In this document: piece after piece, positions 63,568-64,000 of the stretch | Position numbering within the stretch: position 1 is the first letter of the stretch | Layout of the letters: each line of letters opens with the position of its first letter | From: an uncultured Solirubrobacteraceae bacterium | Lineage (GTDB): Bacteria; Actinomycetota; Thermoleophilia; Solirubrobacterales; Solirubrobacteraceae | DNA: 64,000 nucleotides | NCBI GenBank assembly: GCA_963773145.1 | Contig: CAVYZV010000005.1 | Coordinates: forward strand, 366,271-430,270 | Reading direction: 5' to 3' | Notes under the pieces: model-generated | What the model was told of the DNA's origin: nothing | The model's database searches: none | The model's input: the letters and a program-made list of their open reading frames with translations, nothing else | Position numbers and translations under genes: made by a program

Positions 63568-63688
63568 GGAGCGCACCGCGGGCCGCGGTGTGGACGTCCG
63601 GGCCGAAGCTCGCCCGCGGCGCGGCGGCACAAACGGCCGAGGCTCGGGAAACGGCGCGGCGGCGCAAACGGCGCTAGCGTTGCGGCCG

Positions 63689-64000
63689 GTGGGAACCGTT
63701 TACGCGATCGCCAACCAGAAGGGCGGAGTGGGCAAGACGACGACCGCGGTGAACGTGGCGGCGTGCATCGCCGAGGCCGGCTACGAGACGCTGCTGGTAG
63801 ACGTCGACCCACAGGCCAACGCGACCACGGGGCTGGGGATCGAGCGGACTCGCGCTCCCGGCCTGTACGAGGTCCTGACCGGCGACGTGGACGCGCGGGC
63901 CGCCCTCGCCGACACCCCGGTGCGAGGTCTGCGGATGCTCCCCGCCGGGGAAGGACTGGCCGCGGCCAGCATCGAGCTGCCCCGGATCGACGGCTTCGAG
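63689..64000 (+). CDS. parA: ParA/Soj ATPase (5' part, runs off the window)
   Basis: GTVYAIANQKGGVGKTTTAVN, LLVDVDPQANAT (deviant Walker A); TAGCGT -10 box 8 nt upstream. Confidence 0.93.
   Translation, partial: MGTVYAIANQKGGVGKTTTAVNVAACIAEAGYETLLVDVDPQANATTGLGIERTRAPGLYEVLTGDVDARAALADTPVRGLRMLPAGEGLAAASIELPRIDGFE

Overview
High-GC actinobacterial chromosome segment containing the replication origin. Gene content suggests Thermoleophilia/Solirubrobacterales (inference). From left to right it holds: a wax-ester pair (reductase + WS/DGAT); redox and hydrolase genes; a Wzx/Wzy-type polysaccharide cluster with an embedded comA and an ATP-grasp enzyme; dedA-uppP; three Ser/Thr kinases around an fhaA-fhaB-pstP-pbpA-pknB-ddl operon that lacks rodA; three tandem paralogous secreted proteins, each with its own promoter, structured leader and terminator; pheA, HNH and CAP genes; then gyrA-gyrB-dciA-recF-dnaN-oriC-dnaA / rpmH-rnpA-yidD-yidC-jag-rsmG-parA. 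Three signals stand out. (1) Three 29-bp 'split parS' elements (parS half-sites separated by a conserved 13-bp insert) lie directly upstream of a small single-motif LAGLIDADG-like gene inserted between jag and rsmG-parA. (2) An unannotated ~220-nt minus-strand structured RNA starts with a 16-nt complement of the 16S rRNA 3' end, followed by an ACG-start 14-codon ORF. (3) A covarying three-way-junction 5' leader precedes each of the three secreted paralogues. Many genes carry single-base frameshifts, most likely sequencing or assembly errors. All calls are by eye, without database searches.
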